DNA of 62,247 nucleotides, counting the filler, from Sphacelaria rigidula (Eukaryota), in NCBI GenBank assembly GCA_964200075.2. It is 7 parts of 7 records of this genome, joined end to end, with 100 filler letters (N's around TTAATTAATTAA, not from the genome) between each part and the next. Parts side by side here need not be neighbours in the genome. Positions count along the whole stretch, not along the records: positions 1 to 8,808 come from CAXNAA020010042.1; positions 8,909 to 17,716 come from CAXNAA020010043.1; 5 more parts are not named here. One strand, 5' to 3'. This document shows positions 1 through 11,880 of this stretch, one piece after another. Each line of letters starts with the position of its first letter. Positions within the stretch are counted from its first letter, which is position 1. Both the position numbers and the translations under genes were made by a program. Below the pieces are notes generated by a model, which was not told the DNA's origin, searched no databases, and worked only from the letters and a program-made list of their open reading frames with translations.

Positions 1-94
1 CCAACCTCCACCCGACAAACACCAAAGCCCTACGCCCGGAAATAAGGGGGGCCCCCCCCCCCCCCCCCCCCCTCCCGGTATCGATCGAAAGCAC

Positions 95-536
95 TTGCGG
101 ACGGTTCTTCCCTCGGGGTTTTGTCGCATACTGACTAGCCTCCTCAAACCTTATTTCATTGATCAACCTCATTTTATAGAATCCCCTGTTACATGTAACA
201 TGGGCACGTACGTTCGCTGCCCCCCCCCTCGCACACTACGGCAAGCGATCCAGACGCCGGGCGAGCTGAAGGACTCCAGCGTCGATCAAGGCCAGGATAT
301 GAGTGAAGACAGGACGGAAAGCACGACAGTGGACACTTTGTCCAGCGGTTCCTCAAGCGCGCTGTCCTCCCTGCCAAGTTCCGTTGGTGGGAGGGGCGAG
401 GCAGCACCGCAGATTCCCGTCAGTAGTGGAGGGGACGAAGTGCCTTCACCGTTCCCGCGAGAAGGGGGGAGAGGCGGGGTGATACCAGAGGTCCTCGTGC
501 CAGATCTGGTCAACGGATGGGGTGAGGCGGAGCCGG

Positions 537-574
<38 letters not shown>

Positions 575-1063
575 ACAACGCCAACATCAGTGCCGACGCC
601 GACACCAGCGCAGACGCCGATACCTACGCCGACGCAGACACCAGCGCCGATGCCGACACCTACGCCGACGCCGACACCTACGCCGACGCTCACATCGGCA
701 TCGGAGGCCCCCTCGTCGCCCGCACTGTCACCCTCTTCCACGGGTCCCTTGAAAGACGGCGGGGGGGGGCGGCGACGCTCCTCAACTCCCGTGGACCGAG
801 CAACGCCGTCTTGCGTGGGCTGACCGGTTACCAACACCAAGGGCGGGGCGTACGAGGAGCCAAACGCTCTGGCCGAGAATCCTCTCAGTTCCGAAAGGAG
901 TAATCTCATAGAAGTGAGATATCACTTCATTCGAGAGCTGGTGGGGACGAGGACGGTCAGGGTTGTGCATGTAGGCTCAGGATGGCAACATGCTGATATT
1001 TTGACGAAGCCTCTCTCGATCAACCTGTTCACAAGGCACAGACGTTTTTTGATGAACTTGTAA
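95..1063 (+). mobile_element. Ty1/copia pol remnant: Ser/Thr/Pro-rich linker joined to the RNase H C-terminus, RT absent
   Basis: 854-1063 reads EEPNALAENPLSSERSNLIEVRYHFIRELVGTRTVRVVHVGSGWQHADILTKPLSINLFTRHRRFLMNL*, matching the copia RNase H motifs (HI)DVRYHFIRE and QxADIxTKPL. It is in the same frame as the low-complexity ORF 95-823 and separated from it by one TGA. Confidence 0.85.
538..573. repeat. (ATC)12 microsatellite in the copia linker
   Basis: Perfect ATC tandem, followed by CCGACG/CCGACA-type repeats encoding (PT)n. Confidence 0.95.
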
Positions 1064-1363
1064 GGTGACAACTAGGTACGTTTTTTGTGTGTACCATTGT
1101 GCTAGCGCTGGGTATTTTCAGGTGTTTGAGTGATGCATTTATGCGCATTTTGGGTTAAGCCACGCACGCTACTTTGAGAGGCATGGGTTTTGTAGGGCGT
1201 TTCCTGACATGACGTGTATCTGCCTTGACCGGTGTCCATGAATTATCTAGATGGAGCACAAGCTGTTGAGGGGAGGGGTTTTTGCTCGTATGGCCGGGTT
1301 TCCCCCTTACCAATTTTTGTTTTTTTCAGAGAGAGAAAGCCACGACGACTGATGTACCGGTTC

Positions 1364-1560
1364 AGAGGGGGTGTTCATGTGAACGGGTATACTGAGTGAA
1401 CATGCACATGTGCGGATAGATTGATGCTGACGCACGGGTACCGGTAGTCGAGTGTGCGTGACTACAGTGCCACGCCCAGGCCGGCTACTGCGCTGCCGCC
1501 TGAGCTCTCTCCACATCTGACCCCTCTATCATAGGGTCGACTCAGTCAAGGCACTCTTCA
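1364..1560 (+). mobile_element. Polypurine tract and probable 3' LTR of the copia element
   Basis: AGAGGGGG is followed directly by TGTTCA at 1372, about 300 bp after the pol stop. The segment ends in ...CTTCA at 1560 (TG...CA). No second LTR copy is available to confirm the ends. Confidence 0.5.
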
Positions 1561-1810
1561 GAGTCATCCTACGATAGAGAGGGGGGTATTTTGGGCCACT
1601 TCTTGCACACAATTCCAAGTCAAATCGTCCTTGAAAGGAGAAACGATTGCTAGAACAAGCCTGATATAGATACATAACGCTCGTTCATAACTATTGACAT
1701 CGTTTTGAACCAAATACAAGCGCACCGCGGGTGTGGCAGGTCGTCTGACACACTTTTGAGCCTTTTTTTTCGTGCAATAAAATATCCCCCCCCCTATCGT
1801 AGGATGACTC
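1561..1810. mobile_element. MITE with GAG...CTC termini
   Basis: Left GAGTCATCCTACGATAGAGAGGGGGGTATT and right AATATCCCCCCCCCTATCGTAGGATGACTC form a TIR with a 17-bp perfect core. Flanks are TTCA and TTAA. Confidence 0.85.
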
Positions 1811-2009
1811 TTAAATAATATAAAAGATAAAACTATCTATCCTTCGCCACGGGCCACGGAATAGGCTTCAGGGCAGCAGAACATTTACAGACACACCAGG
1901 GGGCACCGCAACAAGCGTTCGTCTTCCCCGACCCATAACATTCACAAAAACAAGAGTGGACGACAGAAACAGTTAAGAACGTACACAATACGTGCTGTGC
2001 ATGCTAACA

Positions 2010-2637
2010 CTGTTTCTCCCATAGGTCATACGTTTCTTCCATACAGCCTTATCAACTATAGCTGGCAGTCTCTTTCTCTGCATGTTCTTTAAGCTGTATT
2101 GTCATCTCAATTCCCTCATGCATCTGTTTTGAGTGAGTACATTCCCAGCTCTACTCTCAGTGCTGTATTACTCGTTGTTTTCGAGCATTCAAGTATCTTT
2201 TTGACTGCTGCCATCTGTATTATTTCCACTCTCTTAGCCAATTTCACGTTCCATTCCCATACTTCTCCTGCATATTCCACATCTGATATAATCGCGTTCA
2301 TCACGACTCCTAATGTCTAGGTGCGAATTTCTGAGGATCACGTCCATCCTTTCTATTTATGTCTTATCCTTTTTTGCTACTTCATTCATATGTGCATTCC
2401 AGGAACAGTGTTTCGAGATCTCTACGCCAAGGTATGCATACCGATCTAAAATCAGCAGTTCCTCTCCTGCCCACTTGCACTTGAACTCTACTGGGTTTTT
2501 CTCATCTTCGTTACAAACGAGTACCGCGCATTCGTTGACATTCGCTGTTACTCTTCACTTCCTAGTGTATTCTAGCGCCTTGTCTATATGTTGTTGCAAT
2601 CCTTCTGCTGTTCCTGAAATCCCCACAAAATCATCGG
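2010..2637 (-). mobile_element. LINE ORF2 fragment (RT C-terminal half), decayed
   Basis: Minus strand reads DDFVGISGTAEGLQQHIDKALEYTRK*RVTANVNECAVLVCNEDEKNPVEFKCKWAGEELLILDRYAYLGVEIS..., then EYAGEVWE...IQMAAVKKILECSKTTSNTALRVELG. These are the RT catalytic DD motif, YxYLG and typical downstream LINE motifs. Confidence 0.88.
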
Positions 2638-2729
2638 ACCTGAGGGGAAAATGACTGCCGAAACGGCAGGTGAGAGACGATCTGAGTACAAAATAGAAGC
2701 GAACACTGAGTGTCGATGATGAGGAGCTG

Positions 2730-3760
2730 CCTGAACTTCCAAAAATAATTATCGCCGACCTGTTGGCACTTGTTCACATGCTTCATAGAGAATTAGCAGT
2801 AGGTGCCACCCTATCCACGATGCGTGACCGCTTCTATTTGTCAACGAGTACGAAAGATATCGGGCAAGATGTATGTGCTGTCATGCAGTTGCAAGAGGCC
2901 CAAGAGACCATGAGGTAGGGGCGTGCGCTAGACCCATGGGACGAGATGATGAACTTGACAACGATTGAGGTAACGCTGCACTCACATACATACATCTGCG
3001 GCGCAGTTGACCTCGCGTCCCAATCCCCATTTGGTTTTCCACAACCATCAAAACAAGCCAACTGTGTGGTCCGCGCTCCTGCGGATTGTACCTAACGTCC
3101 GGTATCCCTCAAAAGATTCGCTGAACAGAGGCAAAGCGTTAAGCGTGGAGGTAGTCACCCATTTGCGCAGGTGACTGAAAGAGGACATCGCTTTTCGAAG
3201 CGTCGGACCTCCCACGCGGTCAGGACGCAGTCGTAAGACCAGGAGGTAGCTACTGGATATATATGTTGTCGGAGCTTTGCAAGTCATGACGTCAGGTGGG
3301 GTGAGCAAGTGTCATCGGCTCTTTGAATTAAGCGCACGTTGCTTGACACGCTGCTGCCCTCCCCGAGTTGCCATGTCGACGCGAAACCACGCATATATCT
3401 AAGCTGACTTGCACCTGTCTCACAAGCAGAACCGAGTATAGAGCTGGACCCTTTCGTAAAACAGCGCGAATAGCACCTATGCGAGGTGAGACTGATGGAT
3501 CCGAAGAGAGAGATCTCAACGGGTCGGGATGGCGACGGCAGGGAACTGCAGCACTAGTACACGGTACATGGAAAGTTGACAAGGATCGATGACGGCACGT
3601 GGTCTGGAGGTGGTGATGCATGGACACAAAATACGTACGCCCAAGATAGTCCGCCATAGGTCGAACCGAATATCGTTACTCGCCTTACTTGAGATATTCA
3701 ATCGCTGACGGGTCCGCCTAGTGTGCCTGAACACCAGACTTCTAGGCAACGCCAACCTTT
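2730..3760 (+). mobile_element. Decayed Ty3/gypsy integrase region
   Basis: PKIIIADLLALVHMLH...VGATLSTMRDRFY...TKDIGQ..., then SCSCKRPKRP...GRALDPWDE across frameshifts, resembling the HHCC zinc-binding domain and the start of the rve core. A KIVRHR motif near 3645 is chromodomain-like. Boundaries are approximate. Confidence 0.55.
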
Positions 3761-5651
3761 AACCCAAAACCCCACCTCCTTTCCCTGAGAGACCGCCCCA
3801 AGTGTAAGTCCAGAGAAAAAAACAGGTTGGAAATAGCGAGGAAAGGCCTAGGATGGAGCAATGTCCGAGGGGCTACCAGGAAGCGGAGTCCTGGAAAGCC
3901 TCACGCTTCCACGAGTGGATGGATTCCACGCCCTTTGGCATCTGCACCACCCAGCGAAGGCATCAAGAATGGCATCCCGCCCAAGCACGCCATGTCTCTC
4001 TGTCGCACAGTGATGCTCTGAACTTGTTCCCCATAGGTTTCTCATTCTGAGAGGATATTGACGGAGCTGAGCAGAAAGGACAACTGTTCGAAGGCGGCAA
4101 ACGCCTCGGAAGAGTGATGAGATGACGAAGACTGCGCGGCATCTTCAAGTGAAGAGCTCCAGGAAGTGGCCCAGACGAGCGAGCCAATGACATTGAGCGA
4201 ACGAAGCAGAGAAACGCATTAATATTGTACGAAGGAGAGAGCAGGAGACCGTTTTGTGCGGCATTGCGGAAGCGAGCAGCGCTTTTTTTTTCAATAGTTA
4301 TGAGCAGTAGTTCAGTACTGTTTCTTTCTTTTCGTTGGAAAAGCTGTTCAGTATTTTGTTTTCCTACTCTCTTCAAGTCTGTTTTCACTCGTGTTTTCCC
4401 GTTGATCATAAGCTCGGCTTTATACGTTGTATCGTTACCGGCATTATTTACTCTATTTATAACGTTTGATCTTGATTCTTTGGGGGGGGGGGGGGACATG
4501 GTCCGCCTTCTCGATTTGTTTTCCTCGTCTTTTCGGATCAACGTTTCCGTTAGACCCTTGTCTTTCTTTCTCTGTTCGGTTTTTTGGTCTGGATATTTTT
4601 TCTTTCCTCTTCCGTTTTGGTTTCTCTTGATTTCGTAGAACCTGATCCTTTTTCTCGCGTCAGCCTTTTTTTGTTTATTTATTTTTTGTTGTTTTTCATG
4701 TTTCATGAGCTGTTGTTTTCGTATTATGGACCTGGTATGTCCTTTATATTTTTCATTCATGTTTCAGTTTTCTACTCCCCGGTCTCTTTTTTCTTGTGGG
4801 CCTGGTTTGCTCCTCCAGCACTATTATTCGGTTTCTCTTTTCCTTGCCACGTTTTCGCGGAGTCGATCTTGCTCCGCTCTTTGTTTTTTTTCTCCCGGTC
4901 TTGCATTCCATGGGGACTATTTATTTCTTGGTTTTGTTTGACCTGATCTCACCCTTTGTTTCAGATACCCAGTCTGTTCATCACGTTTCTTCGTCCTCGG
5001 AGAAAGTTGATCCGATTTTAGGGTGCCCCACCCTTTCGAGTGGAGAAATTCATATCGCGGAGTAAGCGTTGTACAAAAAGGGTGGGCACCTTGTACCTGC
5101 TTGGACACTGTACCATGACGGAACTGTTGATATAAGATGTAGGAGTCCTCCGGTGTCCAGTAGGTCAGTTGCTGCTGGTCGGTGAGAAAAAAGCCCACGC
5201 ACTCCTATCAACCAGTGAGCGCTTTCTTGCGGTGTTTTTAGTGGGTCAGCTCTTTTTGCGAGTCCTACACTACCCAGGATTGATGTAACCAATCAGGGGT
5301 GTCTAAGCGCCGTTACCATCGGAAAATAATTACCAGCTATTCTCGGTGGTTTCTGTTCCCAGTGTAGCTGGGGTCCCGGGACGACATAGCACATGCGAAA
5401 GCACTCACTATGATCCGAAAGGGCGTGAGAGAGTTTTTCCCCAAGCGACGAGGCTTTTAACTGAAAACCAGGTTTTGCCCATCCTTCCGATTTCATGACG
5501 AGGTTTTCCCACGGTCAATCTTTGCCCCGAAATGCTGCGGTTTTCTCGTCGTTAACGAGATACGAGGCTGATGGCATACAGACTTAAGGGAATTGCCCCT
5601 GGCGTGTATTGAGCTGTGGCTTTCCTTACCTTCCAATAGTAGCGTGCACAA

Positions 5652-6951
5652 AGCAGGGGGGGGGGGGATGTTACGGCAGACACCACCACCTAGCAACTTC
5701 GGTTCTAGCTAACCAGCAGCCAAGCCTAATAACAAAGCTATCAGCCACCACTTGGAGACATCCCGCGTGCAAGCAAGTCAAGAGCACCTCCCTGCACGTG
5801 AAAGTGAGTCTATTGTCTTGCCTTGAGATGCAGTTCTGGTTCGGACTCAAGGGTCTATGTGCCACGAGCTGGAGCCGTTCCACTCGATTGCAGTTATTTG
5901 TTATAACCGGCTGTTTGCTTGTTGCAACCTTTGGCCGGGTGTGTTCCTGGAGAGTGACACCCTCATCACTTCGTGGCCAGACCACAACACGTGCGTGCCA
6001 TTTAAGCGCTTTACTTTGTAAGCGAACTTGCGTGTGTATTGTCTTATTGAACATAGGTCGTGAGTGTCACGTAGGTACAATGTTTTCTTTAGGTGGATTG
6101 AACGTTTGATGTTACGGGTCGCAGCAATTCTCGCCCATAGAGGTGTGGGAGAGAGTTCTTTATTTTCTTCGCTTCATGTTTTTATACAAGTGTAGTGTAG
6201 AAGCCTCTTTTACACTGAATTTTGAAGTTTCTCGGCGCGATTACACTGTGCCGAGGTGATCTTGATTCAACTCCATAAGGACTCGTCTAGGGTGGGCTAG
6301 TGTAATGAAACTCAATGGCGCTGCAAGGTATTACGATGTGCGGGTCTCCTCGTAGACCCTAGGTTTTGTGACGCATTGTTTCGTGTTTGTTATTGTCATT
6401 CTTGTCGCGAGATATTGAGCTTGACTGAAAGTCAAGCCTCAGCTTCTCACTTGCCGGCTCTGTCTTGCTTGTTGACCTTGTTCTGCTTCTCTGGCACCAT
6501 CACTACGCTCCGCTCCTACGGCTTCGCCTCGGCTGTACTAAGTTAGAGAGCTGCTTGTAGATATATTGTGAAGCTATCAAACATGTGAGACTCCAACCAG
6601 TAGCTACATAAATGAACATTTGTGTTTTGTGCTATGATGGGTAAGCTAAAAGTCTGTATGATGTTGCCCACGTTGGGAGCTTGGTGGGCTGGCACCATGG
6701 TATCCCCTGGAACTCATACTGAGCGACCCCAGCCAATGCATTATCATTATGACATATTTATATTTCGAGGCTGTACACTGTCGGAGTATCCCTTGCAAGT
6801 GTACCATCAAACAGCATTCGTATTCCTCACCCACTCACCTTTATGGCCCGGGTACAAAGAGCATGTTCACTAGTCCGTAGACGTACATTGACTGCAGTTG
6901 CCCGGCATACAGGACATGGAGTGCGTATATTCGATGGCACTTATCATAACA
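5652..6951 (+). mobile_element. PPT followed by a probable LTR (possibly two nested LTRs)
   Basis: AGCAG(G)nA is followed directly by TGTTACGG at 5669. A second TGTTACGG occurs at 6110. A matching ...ATAACA end lies at 6951. Confidence 0.4.
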
Positions 6952-7324
6952 TGTCAGAAATTTGTGACATGCAAAAACTTAAGAGCCGGGCCAGGCTGGT
7001 AGTTTGGTGAGGGACCAGGTGGGCAGCCCTGTTCAGAGTGAGCACACACAAAATTCTGAGATGTGACGGTAAGCGCCCTGAAGTATTCCGAGTGCTTCAA
7101 CGTGCACCTTTTTTCCAAAAGCTGTGCACTTACAAGAAACTTTGGCCTGCTCGCATGCCCAGCACAGTCTAGATCTGTGGACGAAACGGGAACTGTCATG
7201 AGCTCAAGGAGCGAGGTCATCTCGCAAAACGCCCACCCTTCTGCTGATTGCAACACCCACTCCGTTCACATCCAAATAGTAACTACAGCAGCGGCCTGTG
7301 AGCATCAGGATTGACTACCGCCAG

Positions 7325-7680
7325 CAAGGGTCTGTCAAAAATATATTTCGGGACACGTTGGCCCCAAGATCGAAAATTCGAGTTGTTGAGGAGGGGGGGG
7401 GACACCCAGCCCGCTGTCCCCTAGTTTATTGCAGAGGCGTTGGCGAATACGGTCAGCTGCCGTGTACAGAGATCCTTGGCATGGAGACTGCTGAGATGAC
7501 CGACACACCGCCCCTCCAAGCTCATCACCTACCATGATTACATTTATGGGATCATGTTCCGTGTCGTGTGCCGCGACTATCTACCACTAGTAGTCCGGGA
7601 AAATGTGGCGAGGCGTAATATAATGTTGCTACTTCGGCTACAGGCTGTCGCTACCGTGCGCTCGTGTATTGTACATAGAT
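7325..7680 (+). repeat. Dispersed repeat family R1, copy 1 (probable DNA-transposon end)
   Basis: Colinear over about 355 bp with 17001-17363. Both start abruptly at CAAGGGTCTGTCAAAAATATATTTCGGGACACGT, a hAT-like terminus. Confidence 0.9.
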
Positions 7681-7886
7681 AGATTGCTCTGCTTCGCAAT
7701 CGCGTTTCCGATTTTCTTTTTTCCTTTTCCTTTGTTAAGCTACTTGTTATGTATCGAAACAAATATCACTTATTGAAAAGTGCTTTTTTCACATTTCTCT
7801 GTCGTTTTTGCCTCGGAAAGAGATCTCAGCGGATGTTGACACCTGAGACCGTTCCAGAGCACCTTTGCGTTTTCCGTAGGTCATAG

Positions 7887-8097
7887 TGTAATGCCTGAGA
7901 AGACCGCGTGCTCAGAGGATCGCACCGTAGCTCAAAACACCTCAGTATCGACGTTTTCCAAAACCAATCGGGCCAGTTCCTGTAGGTACCACGCCCCTGA
8001 CCCCAACCCCAACACTGAACCCAACCCTAACCCCAACCGTAAAAATGTTCAACTTCCGACGCGGTCCTCCAAGCACGCCGTCCTCTCACGCATTACA
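7887..8097. mobile_element. Small inverted-repeat element with an internal telomere-like (CCCTAA/CCCCAA) tract
   Basis: TGTAATGCCTGAGAAGACCGCGTGCTCAGAGGATCGC pairs imperfectly with GCGGTCCTCCAAGCACGCCGTCCTCTCACGCATTACA. A CCCCAACCCCAAC...CCCAACCCTAACCCCAACC tract lies at about 7995-8038. Confidence 0.65.
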
Positions 8098-8159
8098 ACA
8101 GTTTCGTTCTTGGCCAAAAATTAGACAGTACAGTACAGACTGCTGTACAACAGTGGCGG

Positions 8160-8482
8160 CCTGTACTGTCCAGATGGTGTGTGTTTCGCACAGCATGCGG
8201 GCGCGATGTGGAAAAGAGGCGGGCAACGCGACACATAGCAGATTTAACAGACAGTACAGGTGACTCTCTACATACAGGAGGATGCGAAGCAAATTTGAAC
8301 CTTGTACAGTTTTTCACAGCCTCTACTGTCCATGAGCGCATTGGCAATTCGATTGCCCACCCTGACACGCAACTCCGTCGGTGGACCCTGCCGCAAAATT
8401 AGATGCCCAAGTTTTCGCCAATGAAAAGGAACACATCATGCCAAAATAGTGGTGGTGTCGGTTTCCTATTACTGCTGCAGTG
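8160..8482 (+). repeat. Dispersed repeat family R2, copy 1
   Basis: Colinear with 56775-57085; shared blocks include GGCGCGATGTGGAAAA, CCTCTACTGTCCATGAGCG, CAACTCCGTCGGTGGACC and ATGCCCAAGTTTTCGCC. Confidence 0.85.
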
Positions 8483-8808
8483 TATATCCCTGTGCTGAGT
8501 TCGTGATCTATGCCGCAGGGTTGGGTAGGTAGCTGCGAATGCACCACTTGGGCTTTGCGTAGTTCTGTGAAAGGGTAGTATCTGGCAGGATCGTCTGCAA
8601 CATAGGTACTTCTTTACCTATATATAGCACAGTATAGACTGTACAGACTGTACAACAGTAGTGGCGCCCTGTACTACTCTGTTTTGTAGTTCTAAAACTA
8701 AAAAACACTGCAGAACTGCCGTGTTGTCTTGTGTTTCACAGCGTCCTGACTGATACTATATGTTACAGAGAGACGAACACAACAATACAGCACATCAAGC
8801 AATCTCAG

Positions 8809-8908
8809 NNNNNNNNNNNNNNNNNNNNNNNNNNNNNNNNNNNNNNNNNNNNTTAATTAATTAANNNNNNNNNNNNNNNNNNNNNNNNNNNNNNNNNNNN
8901 NNNNNNNN
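8809..8908. other. Artificial contig spacer
   Basis: N44-TTAATTAATTAA-N44; stop codons in all six frames. Confidence 0.99.
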
Positions 8909-10859
8909 CCCCCCCCGCGCGCGCGCGCGGCCTTTTTTCTCTCTTGGAGTTTATTGTGCTATCAAACCTTCATTCACTTGTCCCTGCATCGACATGGTGA
9001 CTATTGTTTATATAAATCAAGCATCTATGTATATATATGTATATTTATCAAGGGTAATGTACGACGTACTCCCTTCTCGTACCGCGGGTTGAAGGTCCCT
9101 TGTTTCCGTGGTTCGCGAGGTTAGAGAGGGCGATCAAGCTTAACCCTAACCCTGACCCTGACCCTAGCCCTTACTCTTTGTGTCGTTCTTACGGTGGTCC
9201 CGAGTAATATGGCGGTGTCGGCGATGAACAATGCTGAGTGGTGTATCGCGACTGAAAAGCCCACACGAACACATGTGACCACCCACAATTTCCATGCTGT
9301 ACCCCCACCGTGTTGTGAGCACACCACCGACCCTGACACCCCCTCCCCGACTCGGCGCACCCCCGCACCTACCCAGAAAACGGAACCGTTTGATTCCATC
9401 GACAACTGGGAGCTAGACCCGAGCTTCACAGGACAGACGTCTTCTGGTGCTACCGCTGCCGCTACTGCCGCTGCGCTAGCTAGTACGACTGCTCCGGCTA
9501 GTACGGCTGCTCCGGCGGGCGGCCACACCGTCGGTGCTGCTGCAGTCTCCGGTCATGATGGTTCGCGCGGGGAGAAGGGCGGAGAGGCGAAGGATCCGTC
9601 TAGACTGTGGCCGACCTCGCCGCAAGAGTGAGCCCGTAACGAGGAGGGGACGACGGGGGAACGGATTGAATTGTCCCTTGATTGATGATTGATTCTTGAA
9701 GTTTTACTTGATTGATTCGTTTTGGCAGTATTTTTGTTTTGTTTGTTTGCCCAGGGACTGATTTTATTTTTAGGAATAGCGATAATGAACGCGCGAGGTA
9801 TTGTGACTTGAGTACCTTGGCTGACTGGCTGACTGACTGGCTGATTGACTGGCTGATTGACTGGCTGACTTGGTCCGAGTGCTCGTCACTTGCGGCTGAT
9901 CGCGCGTTGGACGTTAACTGGGTTGCTGGTTGTCGTGTTGTTGTGTTTTGGCGTGCGGCGTTGGCTCGGTTCGCCCCCTGCTTCATGATGTGCTTCCGAG
10001 GTCGTTTTTTATACCGCCAAATGTAGTCCAGCGGCCGCAAGCTGAGTTGAATTGTTTTCGGCTGATGTGGCTAACTGAGTGGCGGGCAGAGTGTGCCTGA
10101 GTGACGAGGCGGCCGACAGCGTGCGTGCGTATTTTCGATGGCGTATCTTGGGTCGGTACTTGTTGCAGGTTCGGCTACTTTGTTGTTGTTGTGTGCTGCT
10201 GCTGTTGATGTTTTTGTTCGTCTCCCCGTATAATCTTTTGATATTTAGCGGTTTCGCCTTGGACGTCTCGTGATTTGCGTCGAGTTGTGTTGCCGTGGTT
10301 CTTCACATGGTGTGTTGTGTTCCGTGTGCTCTGTTTCCCTTTTGACACCATACCTCGCGATTTGTGCTCTTGTCTCTTCAACTTTTTCGTTTTCCTTGGG
10401 GGGTAGCTACCTTAGACCTTGCGGTAATGTTGCGGTCATGAAGCAGGAAACCACAGCCTAATAATGTTATCCTGCAGCACGCAGCACAGTATGAGCTCAC
10501 CCATCGGCAGCATCATAAGTGGACTGAACAGTGCCAGACTTTGAGCTTTTGTTTTTTTTCAAACCCAGCACACCAAGCGTACCGTGTACAAGGTACGCAT
10601 GTAGGAAAGTTATCTCTACTTCAGAGGCGAGAGCAGCAGTGAGATGGTTGACTCTGAAAAACGGTTGTACCCCCGGGAATGCCTCACCCTCCGCTCACCT
10701 TTTGAGAAGGACAATAGACACAAAGGAGTACAATCCGTTGAACTTTGACCAAAAAGAGAACACCACATGTTTCCCGGGGGAAAGAGCCTGTAATGTGGGC
10801 CCAGAAGGCTGCACACCAGGTTTTTCGCCCCAGGCGCCCCCGGAACCTTTCTGCGGTTC

Positions 10860-11880
10860 TCCTCCAACCACCTATTGGACCTAGCGTGCTTCGCAAAGCG
10901 GGCTACCGCATGAAATGGCAGTATACCACGGGCGGTGTAAGGGGGGCACTCGCTCCCTGTTTCCTTAACAAATTTCGGGCAATACACTGTTTTGGCCTTG
11001 CCTTTCACCCTCTCGAGTCCGTTTTCAGTTGTGAACATAGTTTTTTATTTTTTGTACGTATCCGGGCTAGCTGGGCACGCGTCATGATCGCAGTTGTTGG
11101 TCGTCATTTTCGAACATGAATATCCACCGGCGGGTCAGCAAGACGTGGACAAAAGTGACACGTTCGTGACGATCGAGACCCACGCGGACGATGAGTTGAC
11201 CGCGAGTCTGATCGGCCCTGTTGCGGCATCCAGCTCTCCCCTCGTGAGCGTATCCTGCTGTCCTTACTTGCACCGTACTCACCCACTTCTGCACGGCCTT
11301 CCCTGTTCAGTCTCGGCTCCTCTCACCTAAAGTCGCTAAAAACCAACCAAGGGTAGGTCGAGTAGAGTATACTTAATTGCGGGGTATTTTTAAAGTCGCA
11401 CTTAGTTCAATAATTGGGGGTAGGGTTATGGGGATCGCTTCCCAGTTATTTTTTTGGTACGACTCCTCAAACTCTACCCCAATTTGAGTACCTCAGGTGC
11501 GTCTTTCAGAATACCCCGCAATTGAGTATGCTCTACTCGACCTGCCCCTGAAACCAACAATTGCAATCTCGATTTGCTGCATTGACGGGCACTGTACTGA
11601 GGTGTACTCTGCATGCGCTTTTTAACTTGTACTTTTCTTGGCTATCTTCACAGCTGCAGTTGCCACTCAAACTATGTGGTGCTGCGCGTAATTCAACTTC
11701 CAGACAGGAGTCTTCGCCCCATTGGGCACGAGTACAGTTGAACACGAAAGGGGCATATGTCCTCACAGCCTCACATGTACTGGGGGACGGGAGAGGCCTG
11801 CAATGATCAACGATAGGATCCTTTTTCGCACTCCGGGTTAGGTTTGGGGCTAGTAGGACCCTACGTAGATCTGTAACCAA
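10860..11880 (-). pseudogene. Possible decayed Mutator/FAR1-like transposase C-terminal region, interrupted by a hAT MITE
   Basis: EAVRTYAPFVFNCTRAQW resembles the FAR1 YTxxxF motif. VYCPKFVKETGSECPPYTARGILPFHAVA resembles a degenerate SWIM finger (CxC...GIxCxHxxA). Recognition by eye only. Confidence 0.3.
11348..11550. mobile_element. hAT-type MITE with 8-bp TSD
   Basis: TIR of about 40 bp (CAAGGGTAGGTCGAGTAGAGTATACTTAATTGCGGGGTATT / AATACCCCGCAATTGAGTATGCTCTACTCGACCTGCCCCTG). AAACCAAC is duplicated at 11340-11347 and 11551-11558. Confidence 0.93.

Noticed and set aside
286-909. Antisense and alternative-frame ORFs with poly-D, poly-H and (VG)n
   Set aside because: Shadow frames of microsatellites in the copia linker.
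3963-4760. 265-aa Lys/Arg-rich ORF
   Set aside because: By-product of a T-rich plus strand, probably a retroelement 3' UTR; no domain.
9141-9170. Telomere
   Set aside because: Only about 5 degenerate units, located inside a contig.
9194-9631. 145-aa Thr/Ala/Pro-rich ORF
   Set aside because: Low complexity, no recognisable motif and no convincing splice sites.
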